From the NCBI GenBank assembly GCA_045660295.1, contig JAZRDN010000030.1:6577-70576 (forward strand): a stretch of 64,000 nt of DNA, written 5' to 3'. Below the pieces are notes generated by a model. It searched no databases. It was not told the DNA's origin and was given only the letters and a program-made list of their open reading frames with translations. Positions 10,007 to 19,803 of the stretch are shown here, piece after piece; the stretch's first letter is position 1, and every line of letters starts with the position of its first letter. Made by a program: the position numbers and the translations under genes. The DNA comes from Eubacteriales bacterium. Lineage in GTDB: Bacteria; Bacillota; Clostridia; Oscillospirales; CAG-272.

Positions 10007-11980
10007 ATGAAAAGAATTTTTATGACGTTGGTTTTGGTGGCGTTGCTTTTTGCCATGTGCGGATTTGCGGTTTTTGCTGAATCTGAGATCGATGTTAGCC
10101 AAAAGGTCGAAACACGCGGCAACGTAACCGTGTTCGAGGCGGTTTCGAACTATGCGGATGCCTATAACGGAGAAGGGCATATTCCGTTAATTTCAGTTGC
10201 AAGAACAAGCGCTGAGGTCAGTGCGGTGCTCGATCTGCTTTTTGTAAACGCGGATGATATGGCTTTTGAAATCAAAAGCATAACGGGAGAATACAAAAAG
10301 CTTTCAGATAACAAGGGGAACAAACTTGTGCTTGACGCGAAAACAACTCTCGCCGTGATATATGACGACAACACGGGACTTTTAAGATATTATATCAATG
10401 GCAGAGTAGCATATCACGGTGAGGATATCGAGGCGCTTGCTCACGTCGCAACTGCATATAACAGCTTTTATTTGTTTGACTGTGACAGCGAAAGCATAAG
10501 TATTAACGAAGAGCTTCTGCGAGACACGAATATCTATAATCTAACCTCATCAGGTACAGCAGAGATAGTAGCTTTTCAGGAGCACGATCTGGAAAACAAA
10601 ATAAGGTTGATCGCCGGCGTTGATATGCCTTGGTATTCCGCGGTGGGATTTAGCGTCCAGGTATTTGAGGACGGCGTGTCCAAAAGCGAAAAGCATGTCT
10701 CCTCAACCGCTATATTTGACAGCGTTTTCGCCGATGACAGGACGGTGTATGCTTCAGATTACGGATATGAATATTTTGCCGCGCTCGAAATATTTGACGT
10801 GAGCCTGAACGGCGAAAAAGAATATTACGTCGTAGCCAGACCGTATACCGATGTAGGCGGTGTAAAGCATTACGGAACGGCGGTTAAAATAAACGTAGAT
10901 AAAGAAGGCTACATTTTTGATAAAAGTTGCGTTGTAAAAAACGGAAATGATAATGTTTTTTCTTGTTCGGACGGCGTTTTGATATCAGAAGGCGCGTTTT
11001 TGATGAGCGAAAACAGCTCGTATGTTTCTATTGAGGTTAATTGTTACGGAAAAGTCTATCTTGATGTTTCCGCGGTGTCGGACTCGGTGTTAAACGTATA
11101 CGCGGATAACGTTCTTGTAAATACTCTATCGCTGACCGCTGGGCGCAACAATGTTCCAATTGCCTCTTTGGAACAGGGAAAACACACCGTTAAGGTAGAA
11201 AAATGTGACGGCGAGTATACTAAAATTCACAGTGTTACGTATTTTGAGGTTCCGCACACCCATACAGTTTCTGAGACAGCTGAGTGGACTATGGCGGATG
11301 GCGCGTTTTATACCGTATGTACCGAATGTGGCGCTCAAGTGAAAATGACAGAATCGGCAAATCCGTCCTTTATGCTTACCTTCGACAAATCTGTAGACGA
11401 AGAAGCCGCGGAATATGAGGGTTTCAGTGTGGTATCGCCTAACCAATATACAGTGGGGAAGGATTCCGACGGCGATAAAGCGCTTGTGGCAGGTGTAAAT
11501 TATTTCTACATAGACGTTGAGCAATACAAGTTGGCCTCGATGCCGTTTTATACAGTTTCGTTTGATCTTACAGTGTCCCAAGAGGGAGATGCGGGAATGG
11601 AAATCTCTCTGTTCACGCTTATTTCAAATTACAGAAACGGCACAAACGTAGCGAATACTTCCTCAAATCACGCTTATTTCTTCAAATACATTCAAAAAAG
11701 CTCTAAGCTATCCACCATAAAGATAAGCGGTGCTACGAACAAGCTGAATGACAGAAACAGTATATCAATAAATCTCGGCACGCAGTATAAAGTAACCGTG
11801 ATCGTCAACACGCTTGCGTGCAGCGCGCATGTATTCGTTGACGGAAAATACATAGGAAAATCGGAAAAAGCTCTTGTAGACGTTACCTCTGCCACAACTG
11901 TGTATCCGTCGTTTAAATTCAATGACGGAGGAAACTGTTGTCCCATTTTTGACAATTTCAAAATCACCGAGCTTAAATGA
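10007..11980 (+). CDS. Large secreted protein of unknown function (two LamG/concanavalin-like modules suspected)
   Basis: ATG at 10007 follows RBS AGAGGA. The signal peptide is MKRIFMTLVLVALLFAMCGFAVFA|ES. The motifs YYINGRVAY and VFVDGKYIG are reminiscent of LamG-type jelly rolls. Confidence 0.6.
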   Translation: MKRIFMTLVLVALLFAMCGFAVFAESEIDVSQKVETRGNVTVFEAVSNYADAYNGEGHIPLISVARTSAEVSAVLDLLFVNADDMAFEIKSITGEYKKLSDNKGNKLVLDAKTTLAVIYDDNTGLLRYYINGRVAYHGEDIEALAHVATAYNSFYLFDCDSESISINEELLRDTNIYNLTSSGTAEIVAFQEHDLENKIRLIAGVDMPWYSAVGFSVQVFEDGVSKSEKHVSSTAIFDSVFADDRTVYASDYGYEYFAALEIFDVSLNGEKEYYVVARPYTDVGGVKHYGTAVKINVDKEGYIFDKSCVVKNGNDNVFSCSDGVLISEGAFLMSENSSYVSIEVNCYGKVYLDVSAVSDSVLNVYADNVLVNTLSLTAGRNNVPIASLEQGKHTVKVEKCDGEYTKIHSVTYFEVPHTHTVSETAEWTMADGAFYTVCTECGAQVKMTESANPSFMLTFDKSVDEEAAEYEGFSVVSPNQYTVGKDSDGDKALVAGVNYFYIDVEQYKLASMPFYTVSFDLTVSQEGDAGMEISLFTLISNYRNGTNVANTSSNHAYFFKYIQKSSKLSTIKISGATNKLNDRNSISINLGTQYKVTVIVNTLACSAHVFVDGKYIGKSEKALVDVTSATTVYPSFKFNDGGNCCPIFDNFKITELK

Positions 11981-12064
11981 AGTTGAACTCCATTGCTTTG
12001 ATTTTGTAATAACCGTTATTTCACCGCGCATATACTTTACCAAAATCATAAGAAAGGTAAAGCT

Positions 12065-13240
12065 ATGAAAACAGAGAAAAAATTAAAGATTTTGTCGGTC
12101 ATTCTCATATTTGCGGTGCTTTGCGGTTCAATAGGCGCGACTGCGTCCGAAATGTCGGTTGGGGCGATAGATGCAAATGCGACACTTGACATTGATTGCA
12201 GAAGCGCCATACTAATGGATGCCGTTACCGGTACGGTCCTTTACGAGCAAAACGCAGACGAGCCGCTTCCGCCGGCTTCTGTAACTAAAATTATGACTCT
12301 GCTTATCGTCATGGAAGCCATAGAGTCGGGTTCGCTTGCGCTTGACGAACAGATAAGCGCAAGCGCTAACGCCGCATCTATGGGCGGCTCCCAGATATTC
12401 CTTGAAGAAGGAGAAACTATGAGCGCTGAGGATCTTTTAAAGAGTGTTATCATATCCTCGGCAAATGACGCGGCGGTAGCGCTTGCCGAGCACGTAGCGG
12501 GAAGCGAGGAGGCGTTCGTGCAAAAAATGAACGCTCGCGCCGCGGAGCTTGGAATGAAAAATACACGTTTTGAAAACACAAACGGGCTTGATGACACCGT
12601 TAGTGAGCATCTGACTTCGGCGCGCGATATAGCGCTTATGTCGCGCGAGCTTATCAAGCACGAAAAGATACTTGAATACAGCTCCATATGGATGGATACT
12701 ATTAGAAACGGCGAGTTCGGTCTTACAAATACCAATCGCCTTGTGCGCTTTTATAACGGTGCCACGGGATTAAAAACAGGCTCCACTTCAAAAGCGAAAT
12801 TCTGCGTAAGCGCTACCGCAAAGCGTAACGGTATGCACCTTATCTGCGTTATTATGGGGGCTGAAACACGTGATGAGCGCAACGCCATGGCAACAAAGCT
12901 CCTTGATTACGGATTTGCCAACTATTCGCTTTTCTCGGCGGCAGGACAAAAGCTGAATGAAATCAAGGTCGTTGGAGGCACTGAAGATACCTGCGGCATC
13001 TCTGTTGATGAATTTAACGTTATAGTAGGCAAGGGCGAGGAGAGTAAAATAACGGCGTCACTTGAATTGGAAGAAGCTTTGGTGGCGCCTGTAAAAATAG
13101 GTGATGTAGCAGGTAAGATTGTGTATAAAAACGGCGAAAAAACAGTAGGAGAGGTAAATATAACCGCCACCGAAAATATAGAAAAAATAAAATACGGCGA
13201 TATTTTGGGGAGAATTTTCGCCAAAATATTGATAAAATGA
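12065..13240 (+). CDS. D-alanyl-D-alanine carboxypeptidase (low-MW PBP, S11 family)
   Basis: A signal peptide is present, together with SxxK (ASVTKIMT), SxN (SSAND) and KTG (LKTGST) motifs in canonical order. Confidence 0.85.
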   Translation: MKTEKKLKILSVILIFAVLCGSIGATASEMSVGAIDANATLDIDCRSAILMDAVTGTVLYEQNADEPLPPASVTKIMTLLIVMEAIESGSLALDEQISASANAASMGGSQIFLEEGETMSAEDLLKSVIISSANDAAVALAEHVAGSEEAFVQKMNARAAELGMKNTRFENTNGLDDTVSEHLTSARDIALMSRELIKHEKILEYSSIWMDTIRNGEFGLTNTNRLVRFYNGATGLKTGSTSKAKFCVSATAKRNGMHLICVIMGAETRDERNAMATKLLDYGFANYSLFSAAGQKLNEIKVVGGTEDTCGISVDEFNVIVGKGEESKITASLELEEALVAPVKIGDVAGKIVYKNGEKTVGEVNITATENIEKIKYGDILGRIFAKILIK

Positions 13241-13328
13241 AAAAAAGTCGAAAAAATTTCAAAAAGCTATTGAAAAAATTCCGAAAATGTAGTAATATAA
13301 ATGGGATTAGATTTAAAGAGGTAAAAAT

Positions 13329-14666
13329 ATGTCAGTAAAACTCAATGAAAATTATGTTAAAGAATTTATATCCGACGCTGAAGTAAATAACATTCAGCCC
13401 ATGATTACCACCGCTCATAATCTTCTTAGAGCCAAAAACGGCCCCGGAAACGATTTCCTTGGCTGGGTAACTCTGCCTTTTGATTACGATAAAGCCGAGT
13501 TTGATGCTATCAAGGCAAGCGCTGAGAAAATCAAGAAAAACTGCGACGTGTTTATCGTAATCGGTATCGGAGGTTCTTATCTCGGTGCCCGTGCGGCTAT
13601 CGAATTTGTGAAGTCTCCCGTATATAACAATATGAAAAAAGATACGCCCGATATTTATTTCTCGGGTTGCAACATCAGCGCCGAGGCGCTTTCCGAGCTT
13701 CTCGCCATTTGTGAGGGCAAGGACGTTTGTATCAATGTTATATCCAAGTCGGGTACTACCACCGAGCCCGCCGTTGCGTTCAGAGTGTTCAGAGCGCTTC
13801 TTGAAAAGAAGTACGGTGTTGAGGGCGCAAGAGAGCGCATTTTCGTAACCACCGATAAGGCTCGCGGAACGCTTAAAAAGTTCTCGGACGAAAAAGGATA
13901 TCAGACTTTTGTTGTTCCTGATGACGTAGGCGGACGCTTCTCCGTGCTTACCGCAGTTGGACTTCTTCCCATCGCGGTTGCAGGCATCGATATCGACTCG
14001 CTTATGAAGGGCGCGCAGGACGCGGCTAACGCTTATACCGACGACGATATTGCAAAGAACGATTGCTACAAGTATGCCGCTCTCAGAAATATCCTTTACC
14101 GCAAGGGTAAGACTACAGAAATACTCGTAGGATATGAGCCTTCAAATCAGCTCTTTAACGAGTGGTGGAAGCAGCTTTACGGTGAGAGCGAGGGTAAAGA
14201 CCAGAGAGGTATCTACCCATCATCGGTTATCTTCTCCACGGATCTTCATTCGCTCGGTCAGTACATACAGGACGGTATGCGTAATATTTTCGAGACTGTT
14301 CTTAACGTAGAAAAGACTGGATTTGAGCTTGAGATACCTTATGACGAGGCTAACGTTGACGGACTTAACTTCCTCGCGGGCATGGACCTTAACAAAGTAA
14401 ACAAAACGGCTATGCAAGGAACTCTCCTTGCTCACGTTGACGGAGGCGTTCCCAACATCGTTATCAACGTTGAGGATAAGAGCGCTCATTCTCTTGGCTA
14501 TCTTATCTATTTCTTCGAGCTTGCTTGCGCTATCTCGGGTTACGTTCTCGGAGTAAATCCCTTTGATCAGCCCGGTGTTGAGGCGTATAAGAAGAATATG
14601 TTTGCGCTTCTCGGCAAGCCCGGATACGAGTCAGAAAAGGCTGAACTCGAAAAACGCATAAAATAA
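13329..14666 (+). CDS. pgi: Glucose-6-phosphate isomerase (short bacterial form)
   Basis: 445 aa with motifs [11 protein letters not shown] and SKSGTTTEP and a C-terminal PGI signature region. Confidence 0.9.
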   Translation: MSVKLNENYVKEFISDAEVNNIQPMITTAHNLLRAKNGPGNDFLGWVTLPFDYDKAEFDAIKASAEKIKKNCDVFIVIGIGGSYLGARAAIEFVKSPVYNNMKKDTPDIYFSGCNISAEALSELLAICEGKDVCINVISKSGTTTEPAVAFRVFRALLEKKYGVEGARERIFVTTDKARGTLKKFSDEKGYQTFVVPDDVGGRFSVLTAVGLLPIAVAGIDIDSLMKGAQDAANAYTDDDIAKNDCYKYAALRNILYRKGKTTEILVGYEPSNQLFNEWWKQLYGESEGKDQRGIYPSSVIFSTDLHSLGQYIQDGMRNIFETVLNVEKTGFELEIPYDEANVDGLNFLAGMDLNKVNKTAMQGTLLAHVDGGVPNIVINVEDKSAHSLGYLIYFFELACAISGYVLGVNPFDQPGVEAYKKNMFALLGKPGYESEKAELEKRIK

Positions 14667-14700
14667 TCGAGAAAATTTTAATATTTTTTCATAAAAGGTA

Positions 14701-14729
14701 TTGATTTTTCGCGTAATTTATTGTATAAT
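14701..14729 (+). promoter_or_regulatory. Sigma-A type promoter
   Basis: TTGATT, 17 nt, TATAAT, located about 50 nt upstream of the 14779 ORF. Confidence 0.5.
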
Positions 14730-14778
14730 AAAGCCAAACCACCATTTGGTTGATAAAAAATAACGGAGGTATCCCAGT

Positions 14779-15189
14779 ATGTTGAAATTGATTATCGGAG
14801 TAAAAGGCACGGGAAAGACTAAGACACTTATTAGCATGGTAAACGAGGCGGTTGACGCTTCTCATGGTGACGTAGTGTGTATAGAAAAGGGAACCAAGCT
14901 CCGCTTTGATATAAAGTATCAGGCTAGATTGATAAACACGGACGAATACTATATCGAGGACGCTCACTCCTTGGCTGGCTTCATTGCCGGAATTCTCGCA
15001 AGCAACCACGACGTAACAGAGCTCTTTGTTGACTCTGCGCTTAAGATCTGTAACAACAACGTTGCGGAATTTGAGCAGCTTGTTGATAAGATCGACAAAC
15101 TTACCGCAGAAGGTAGCACCAAGATTGTATTTACCGTTTCTCTCCCCGTAGAGGAAGCAACCGCTACTCTCCTTAAGTATGTTGACTAA
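14779..15189 (+). CDS. Small (136 aa) P-loop NTPase-like protein, function unknown
   Basis: Walker A-like GVKGTGKTKT lies at the N-terminus and a Walker B-like ELFVDSA follows. RBS GGAGG. The gene has its own promoter and terminator. Confidence 0.55.
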   Translation: MLKLIIGVKGTGKTKTLISMVNEAVDASHGDVVCIEKGTKLRFDIKYQARLINTDEYYIEDAHSLAGFIAGILASNHDVTELFVDSALKICNNNVAEFEQLVDKIDKLTAEGSTKIVFTVSLPVEEATATLLKYVD

Positions 15190-15203
15190 ATAATACTTAC
15201 ACT

Positions 15204-15235
15204 GCCGCCGTTGCATAGCAACGGCGGCTTTTTTT
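15204..15235 (+). terminator. Rho-independent terminator
   Basis: GCCGCCGTTGC-ATA-GCAACGGCGGC followed by TTTTTTT. Confidence 0.8.
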
Positions 15236-15270
15236 GCGAAAATTTAGCCCTATTCTTTCGTGGTTTAATC

Positions 15271-15299
15271 TTGACATTTTAGTGTTTATATAGTATAAT
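15271..15299 (+). promoter_or_regulatory. Sigma-A consensus promoter for miaB
   Basis: TTGACA, 17 nt, TATAAT, a perfect consensus. Confidence 0.55.
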
Positions 15300-15337
15300 A
15301 TTATATTGAGTTAAAATATTTTTATAAGGAAGATAAA

Positions 15338-16759
15338 ATGAGTAAAACCAACATTTTACCGCCCGAAAAGGTTGCAGAACAACAACTGTTTACGGACAGG
15401 CTTCGCGTTTGGAACGCCGAATATGAAAAAGCAAACGGACACAAACGCAAGGCGTTTGTGCTTACGTTTGGCTGTCAGCAAAACGAGGCGGATAGTGAGC
15501 GGCTTGCGGGTATGGCGGTAGCTATGGGATATGAGCTTGTTAAAACTCCCGATGCCGCGGATTTCATTATCGTAAACACTTGTGCTATACGCGAGCATGC
15601 CGAGCTTAAGGCGTTGTCGACCATAGGGCAGTATAAACACATAAAAACAAAAAATCCCGAGCTTGTTATCGCGGTTTGCGGATGTATGGTCACGCAAGAG
15701 CACCGCAAGGATGACATAAAATTCAAATACCCTTACGTTGACTTTGTTTTCGGAACATCGTCAATACACCGTATGCCCCAGCTTCTTTGGGATAAGCTTG
15801 AAAAAGGCAAGCGCCTGTATTGCCCCGAGGAGGCTGAATACATGGTCGCCGAAGGGATTCCTGTGACTCGAGAAAGCAACTACAAGGCGTGGCTTTCGGT
15901 TATGTATGGCTGTAATAACTTTTGCTCATACTGCATAGTGCCGTACGTAAGAGGTCGTGAGCGCAGCCGCAGGAAAGAGGATATTCTTGAAGAATTCAAG
16001 CAGCTTGTATCCGAGGGATATAAGGATATCACGCTTTTGGGGCAAAATGTAAACTCTTACGGCAAGGACAACGGTGACGGATGCGACTTTGCCGATCTGC
16101 TCAAGCTGTTGTGTCAGGTCGAGGGTGATTATAAGATACATTTTATGACGAGTCACCCCAAGGATGCGACGCGTAAGCTTATAGACGTAATGGCAGAGGA
16201 AGAACACATGGCAAAGCATTTTCACCTGCCTATGCAATCGGGAAGCGACCGTGTACTTAAGGCTATGAACCGCCATTATGATACCGCGCATTACATGTCG
16301 ATCGTTGACTATATGCGTCAAAAGATGCCAGACGTAGCCATTACCTCGGATATCATCGTGGGATTCCCCGGAGAGACCGAAGTGGAATTTGAGATGACCC
16401 TCGATATGCTTCGCAAGGTCAAGTTTGATATGCTTTATTCGTTTATTTACTCGCCGAGAAAGGGAACTCCCGCCGCAGAATTGGAAGCCCAAATCCCTAA
16501 GAAAACGCAAAACAACCGCTTTGAGCGACTTCTCGCGGTGCAGAATGAGATAGCCCTTGAAAAGAATATGCCTCTTGTAGGCAAAACGCTAAGAGTGCTC
16601 TGTGACGGAGAAAGCAAGACCAATTCCGAGCTTTACAGCGGACGCACAGAGCAGTCAAAGATCGTTTTCTTTGAGGGTAAAGAAAACGATGTAGGACAGT
16701 TTATAAACGTAGAAATAACCAAAGCAGAGGCATTTGCACTGTACGGAAAGAGAATATGA
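15338..16759 (+). CDS. miaB: tRNA (i6A37) methylthiotransferase
   Basis: The MTTase N-domain (TFGCQQNEADSE), the radical-SAM CNNFCSYC motif and a C-terminal TRAM-like end are present. Confidence 0.9.
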   Translation: MSKTNILPPEKVAEQQLFTDRLRVWNAEYEKANGHKRKAFVLTFGCQQNEADSERLAGMAVAMGYELVKTPDAADFIIVNTCAIREHAELKALSTIGQYKHIKTKNPELVIAVCGCMVTQEHRKDDIKFKYPYVDFVFGTSSIHRMPQLLWDKLEKGKRLYCPEEAEYMVAEGIPVTRESNYKAWLSVMYGCNNFCSYCIVPYVRGRERSRRKEDILEEFKQLVSEGYKDITLLGQNVNSYGKDNGDGCDFADLLKLLCQVEGDYKIHFMTSHPKDATRKLIDVMAEEEHMAKHFHLPMQSGSDRVLKAMNRHYDTAHYMSIVDYMRQKMPDVAITSDIIVGFPGETEVEFEMTLDMLRKVKFDMLYSFIYSPRKGTPAAELEAQIPKKTQNNRFERLLAVQNEIALEKNMPLVGKTLRVLCDGESKTNSELYSGRTEQSKIVFFEGKENDVGQFINVEITKAEAFALYGKRI

Positions 16760-16780
16760 ATTTGAAAGGAAATTATAACC

Positions 16781-17167
16781 ATGGAAATTTTTGAAATTGC
16801 ACAGCTTCTCGGAAAAACACTTAAAGAGGACGAAAGACTTAAGAGACTCGAAGCTGCTAAAAAACAGTACGAGGAGAGCCCCGATCTCGGAAAGATGATG
16901 GTTGAATACGAGGTTCAGCAAAAAGCACTTGAAAATGAAGTTGTAAAGCCCGAAAAGGATACCCATTTCATTGATATTATACAGAATCGCATCAATGACC
17001 TTTATCAGAGCATAGTTCAGCATCCTGCGTTTATTGAACTTAACGAGGCGCAGAACGTTGTGAATGAGCTTATGAATTCTGTAAATCAGACTATTATGTT
17101 CAATATCACAGGTGAGATGCCGAGTGATTGTACACATAATTGCTCCACTTGCGGCGGTTGCCATTAA
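16781..17167 (+). CDS. YlbF/YmcA-family protein with Cys-rich C-terminal tail
   Basis: 128-aa helical protein with YlbF-like layout (EAAKKQYEESPDL...FIELNEAQ). It ends in CTHNCSTCGGCH. Confidence 0.65.
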   Translation: MEIFEIAQLLGKTLKEDERLKRLEAAKKQYEESPDLGKMMVEYEVQQKALENEVVKPEKDTHFIDIIQNRINDLYQSIVQHPAFIELNEAQNVVNELMNSVNQTIMFNITGEMPSDCTHNCSTCGGCH

Positions 17168-17204
17168 AGAAAAACAAAAATCTTTTTCGTAAGGAGATGC
17201 GGCT

Positions 17205-19793
17205 ATGACTCCGATGATGGAGCAGTATTTTGAAATAAAGAATCAATATAAAGACTATTTGCTTTTTTACCGTCTCGGAGACTTCTATGAGATGTTTTTT
17301 GACGATGCTATAATAGCATCGCGCGAGCTTGAGCTTACGCTTACAGGTCGCGATTGCGGAGAGGCGGAAAGGGCGCCCATGTGCGGTGTTCCGTTCCATA
17401 GCGCCGAGGGATATATCGGCAAGCTTATCGAAAAGGGTTACCGTGTCGCTATCTGTGAACAAATGGAAGACCCCGCCACCGCAAAGGGGCTTGTAAAACG
17501 CGACGTAATAAGAGTCATAACCCCCGGAACACTTATAGAAAGCAATCTCTTAAGCGAAACTAAAAACAACTACCTTTGCTCGGTCTACGTAGGCGAAAAC
17601 AGCTGCGGAGTTTGCTTTGCCGACGTTTCCACTGCCGAGATATACGTTACCTGCTTTGATAGTGTAAACCTTGAAACAAGACTTAAAAACGAGCTTGGTA
17701 CGTATTCTCCTTGCGAAATAGTGCTTAACGTAAGCACGCCAAAGCTCCCATGGTTTGGAGACTATATAAATGACAGGCTCAAGGCAATGGTGCTTGACAA
17801 TCAGCCTCACCGTTTTGAACTTGATGGCGCGAGAGAGCTTGTCAAAAAGCAATTTGATGACGATACTTGCGCTCAAATACTGACTAACAACGCCATAGTG
17901 TCCGCAGTCGGGGCTCTCCTTGATTACATAGGCGAAATGCAGAAATGTGATATTTCCTATATCAAAAAGCTCAACGTTTATAACGACGGTCAGTATATGG
18001 AGCTTGATATAAACACCAGAAGAAATCTTGAACTCACTGAAGCGATGCGCTCCAAGGACAAAAAAGGCTCTCTCCTTTGGGTTTTGGACAAAACGCATAC
18101 AGCACCCGGAGCGCGCCTTCTTCGCAAGTGGGTGGAACATCCGCTCCTTAATGTAAAAGATATTTTAAAACGACAGGGCGCGGTGTCCGAGCTTCACGGC
18201 AACTATATGCTCCGAGAGGAAATAGGCGTTTTGCTTGACAACGTGCTTGACCTTGAACGCCTTATTACAAAGGTCGTTTACGGAACGGCAAACGCCAAGG
18301 ATCTCAGAGCTATCGCGGGAACGGTGTCTATTCTTCCCGAGCTTAAAGGGTTGCTTAAAACCTGTAAAAGCGAGGAGCTTGTAAGAATACACAATAATAT
18401 AGATATGCTTGAGGATATCCGCAAGCTCATTGACGATGCAATTGTTGAAGAACCGCCGTTTATAATTCGTGAGGGCGGACTGATCAAGGATGGCTTTAAC
18501 AGTGACGTTGATTATCTCCGCACGATCATGAACGACGGTAAGGGATGGATAGAGAAGGCGGCAGAGGACGAGCGAGAGAAAACGGGTATAAAAAATCTGA
18601 AAATCTCTTACAATAAGGTTTTCGGTTACTATATCGAGGTTACTCGCTCCTATATTGACCTTGTGCCCGAAAGATACATAAGAAAGCAGACTCTCTCCAA
18701 CTGCGAGCGTTATATAACGCAGGAGCTCAAGGACATGGAAGCCACTATTCTCGGAGCGACCGATAAGATATGCTCACTGGAATATGAGATATTCCAGCAG
18801 ATTCGTTCCGTGGTTGCCGAAAACAGCGAGAGAATACAGGAAACGGCGGCTTTTCTGTCGCTTGTTGACGTGTATCTCAGCCTTGCCACGGTTGCCTCTA
18901 AGAACAAGTATGTGTGTCCCGAAATTGATTTGAGCGACATAATAACTATAAAAGAGGGAAGACATCCCGTAGTCGAGCAGTTTGTGAAGGATTCATATTT
19001 CGTTCCCAACGACGTGTATCTTGATACAAACCGTAACAGACTTATGCTTATTACAGGTCCCAATATGGCGGGTAAATCCACCTATATGAGACAGGTGGCG
19101 CTTATTACCATAATGGCACAGATCGGCTCTTTCGTTCCTGCCGAGGACGCGAGAATCGGTATCGTGGACAAGGTGTTTACTCGTGTAGGCGCATCTGACG
19201 ACCTTGCCTCGGGACAGTCCACGTTTATGCTGGAAATGAATGAGGTGGCTTATATTCTCAAAAACGCTACCAAGCGAAGCCTTATTATTTACGATGAGGT
19301 GGGAAGAGGAACCTCTACATTTGACGGAATGAGCATTGCACGCGCTATTGTTGAATATACCTCGGGTAAAAAAATAGGTGCTAAAACACTTTTTGCTACC
19401 CATTATCACGAGCTTACAAGCCTCGAAGATGAGTTTGACGGTATTGTAAACTATAATATTGCGGCAAGAAAGCGCGGAGATAATATTACTTTTTTGCGTA
19501 AGATAGTCCGCGGCTCTACCGATGACAGCTACGGTATTGAGGTAGCAAAGCTCGCTGGTGTACCGAATGAAGTCATCAAGCGTGCCCGAGAGATACTCGC
19601 GGTAGTTGAAAAGAGCGCTAAAACTCTTACGCTCACCGACAACGAGATAGAAAAGGACGACTCACTTATCACAATAGATGATTGCATAGAGGAACAGATA
19701 ATTCAGGAGCTTCGTGCGATAGACGTCAATACGCTTTCGCCTTACGAGGCTATGATGTTGCTTTATGATTTGAAAAAAAGACTTATTGAATAA
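17205..19793 (+). CDS. mutS: DNA mismatch repair protein MutS
   Basis: The mismatch-binding motif GDFYEMFFDDA, Walker A GPNMAGKST, DEVGRGTST and FATHYHEL are all present. Confidence 0.95.
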   Translation: MTPMMEQYFEIKNQYKDYLLFYRLGDFYEMFFDDAIIASRELELTLTGRDCGEAERAPMCGVPFHSAEGYIGKLIEKGYRVAICEQMEDPATAKGLVKRDVIRVITPGTLIESNLLSETKNNYLCSVYVGENSCGVCFADVSTAEIYVTCFDSVNLETRLKNELGTYSPCEIVLNVSTPKLPWFGDYINDRLKAMVLDNQPHRFELDGARELVKKQFDDDTCAQILTNNAIVSAVGALLDYIGEMQKCDISYIKKLNVYNDGQYMELDINTRRNLELTEAMRSKDKKGSLLWVLDKTHTAPGARLLRKWVEHPLLNVKDILKRQGAVSELHGNYMLREEIGVLLDNVLDLERLITKVVYGTANAKDLRAIAGTVSILPELKGLLKTCKSEELVRIHNNIDMLEDIRKLIDDAIVEEPPFIIREGGLIKDGFNSDVDYLRTIMNDGKGWIEKAAEDEREKTGIKNLKISYNKVFGYYIEVTRSYIDLVPERYIRKQTLSNCERYITQELKDMEATILGATDKICSLEYEIFQQIRSVVAENSERIQETAAFLSLVDVYLSLATVASKNKYVCPEIDLSDIITIKEGRHPVVEQFVKDSYFVPNDVYLDTNRNRLMLITGPNMAGKSTYMRQVALITIMAQIGSFVPAEDARIGIVDKVFTRVGASDDLASGQSTFMLEMNEVAYILKNATKRSLIIYDEVGRGTSTFDGMSIARAIVEYTSGKKIGAKTLFATHYHELTSLEDEFDGIVNYNIAARKRGDNITFLRKIVRGSTDDSYGIEVAKLAGVPNEVIKRAREILAVVEKSAKTLTLTDNEIEKDDSLITIDDCIEEQIIQELRAIDVNTLSPYEAMMLLYDLKKRLIE

Positions 19794-19803
19794 GGTGTAA
19801 TTT

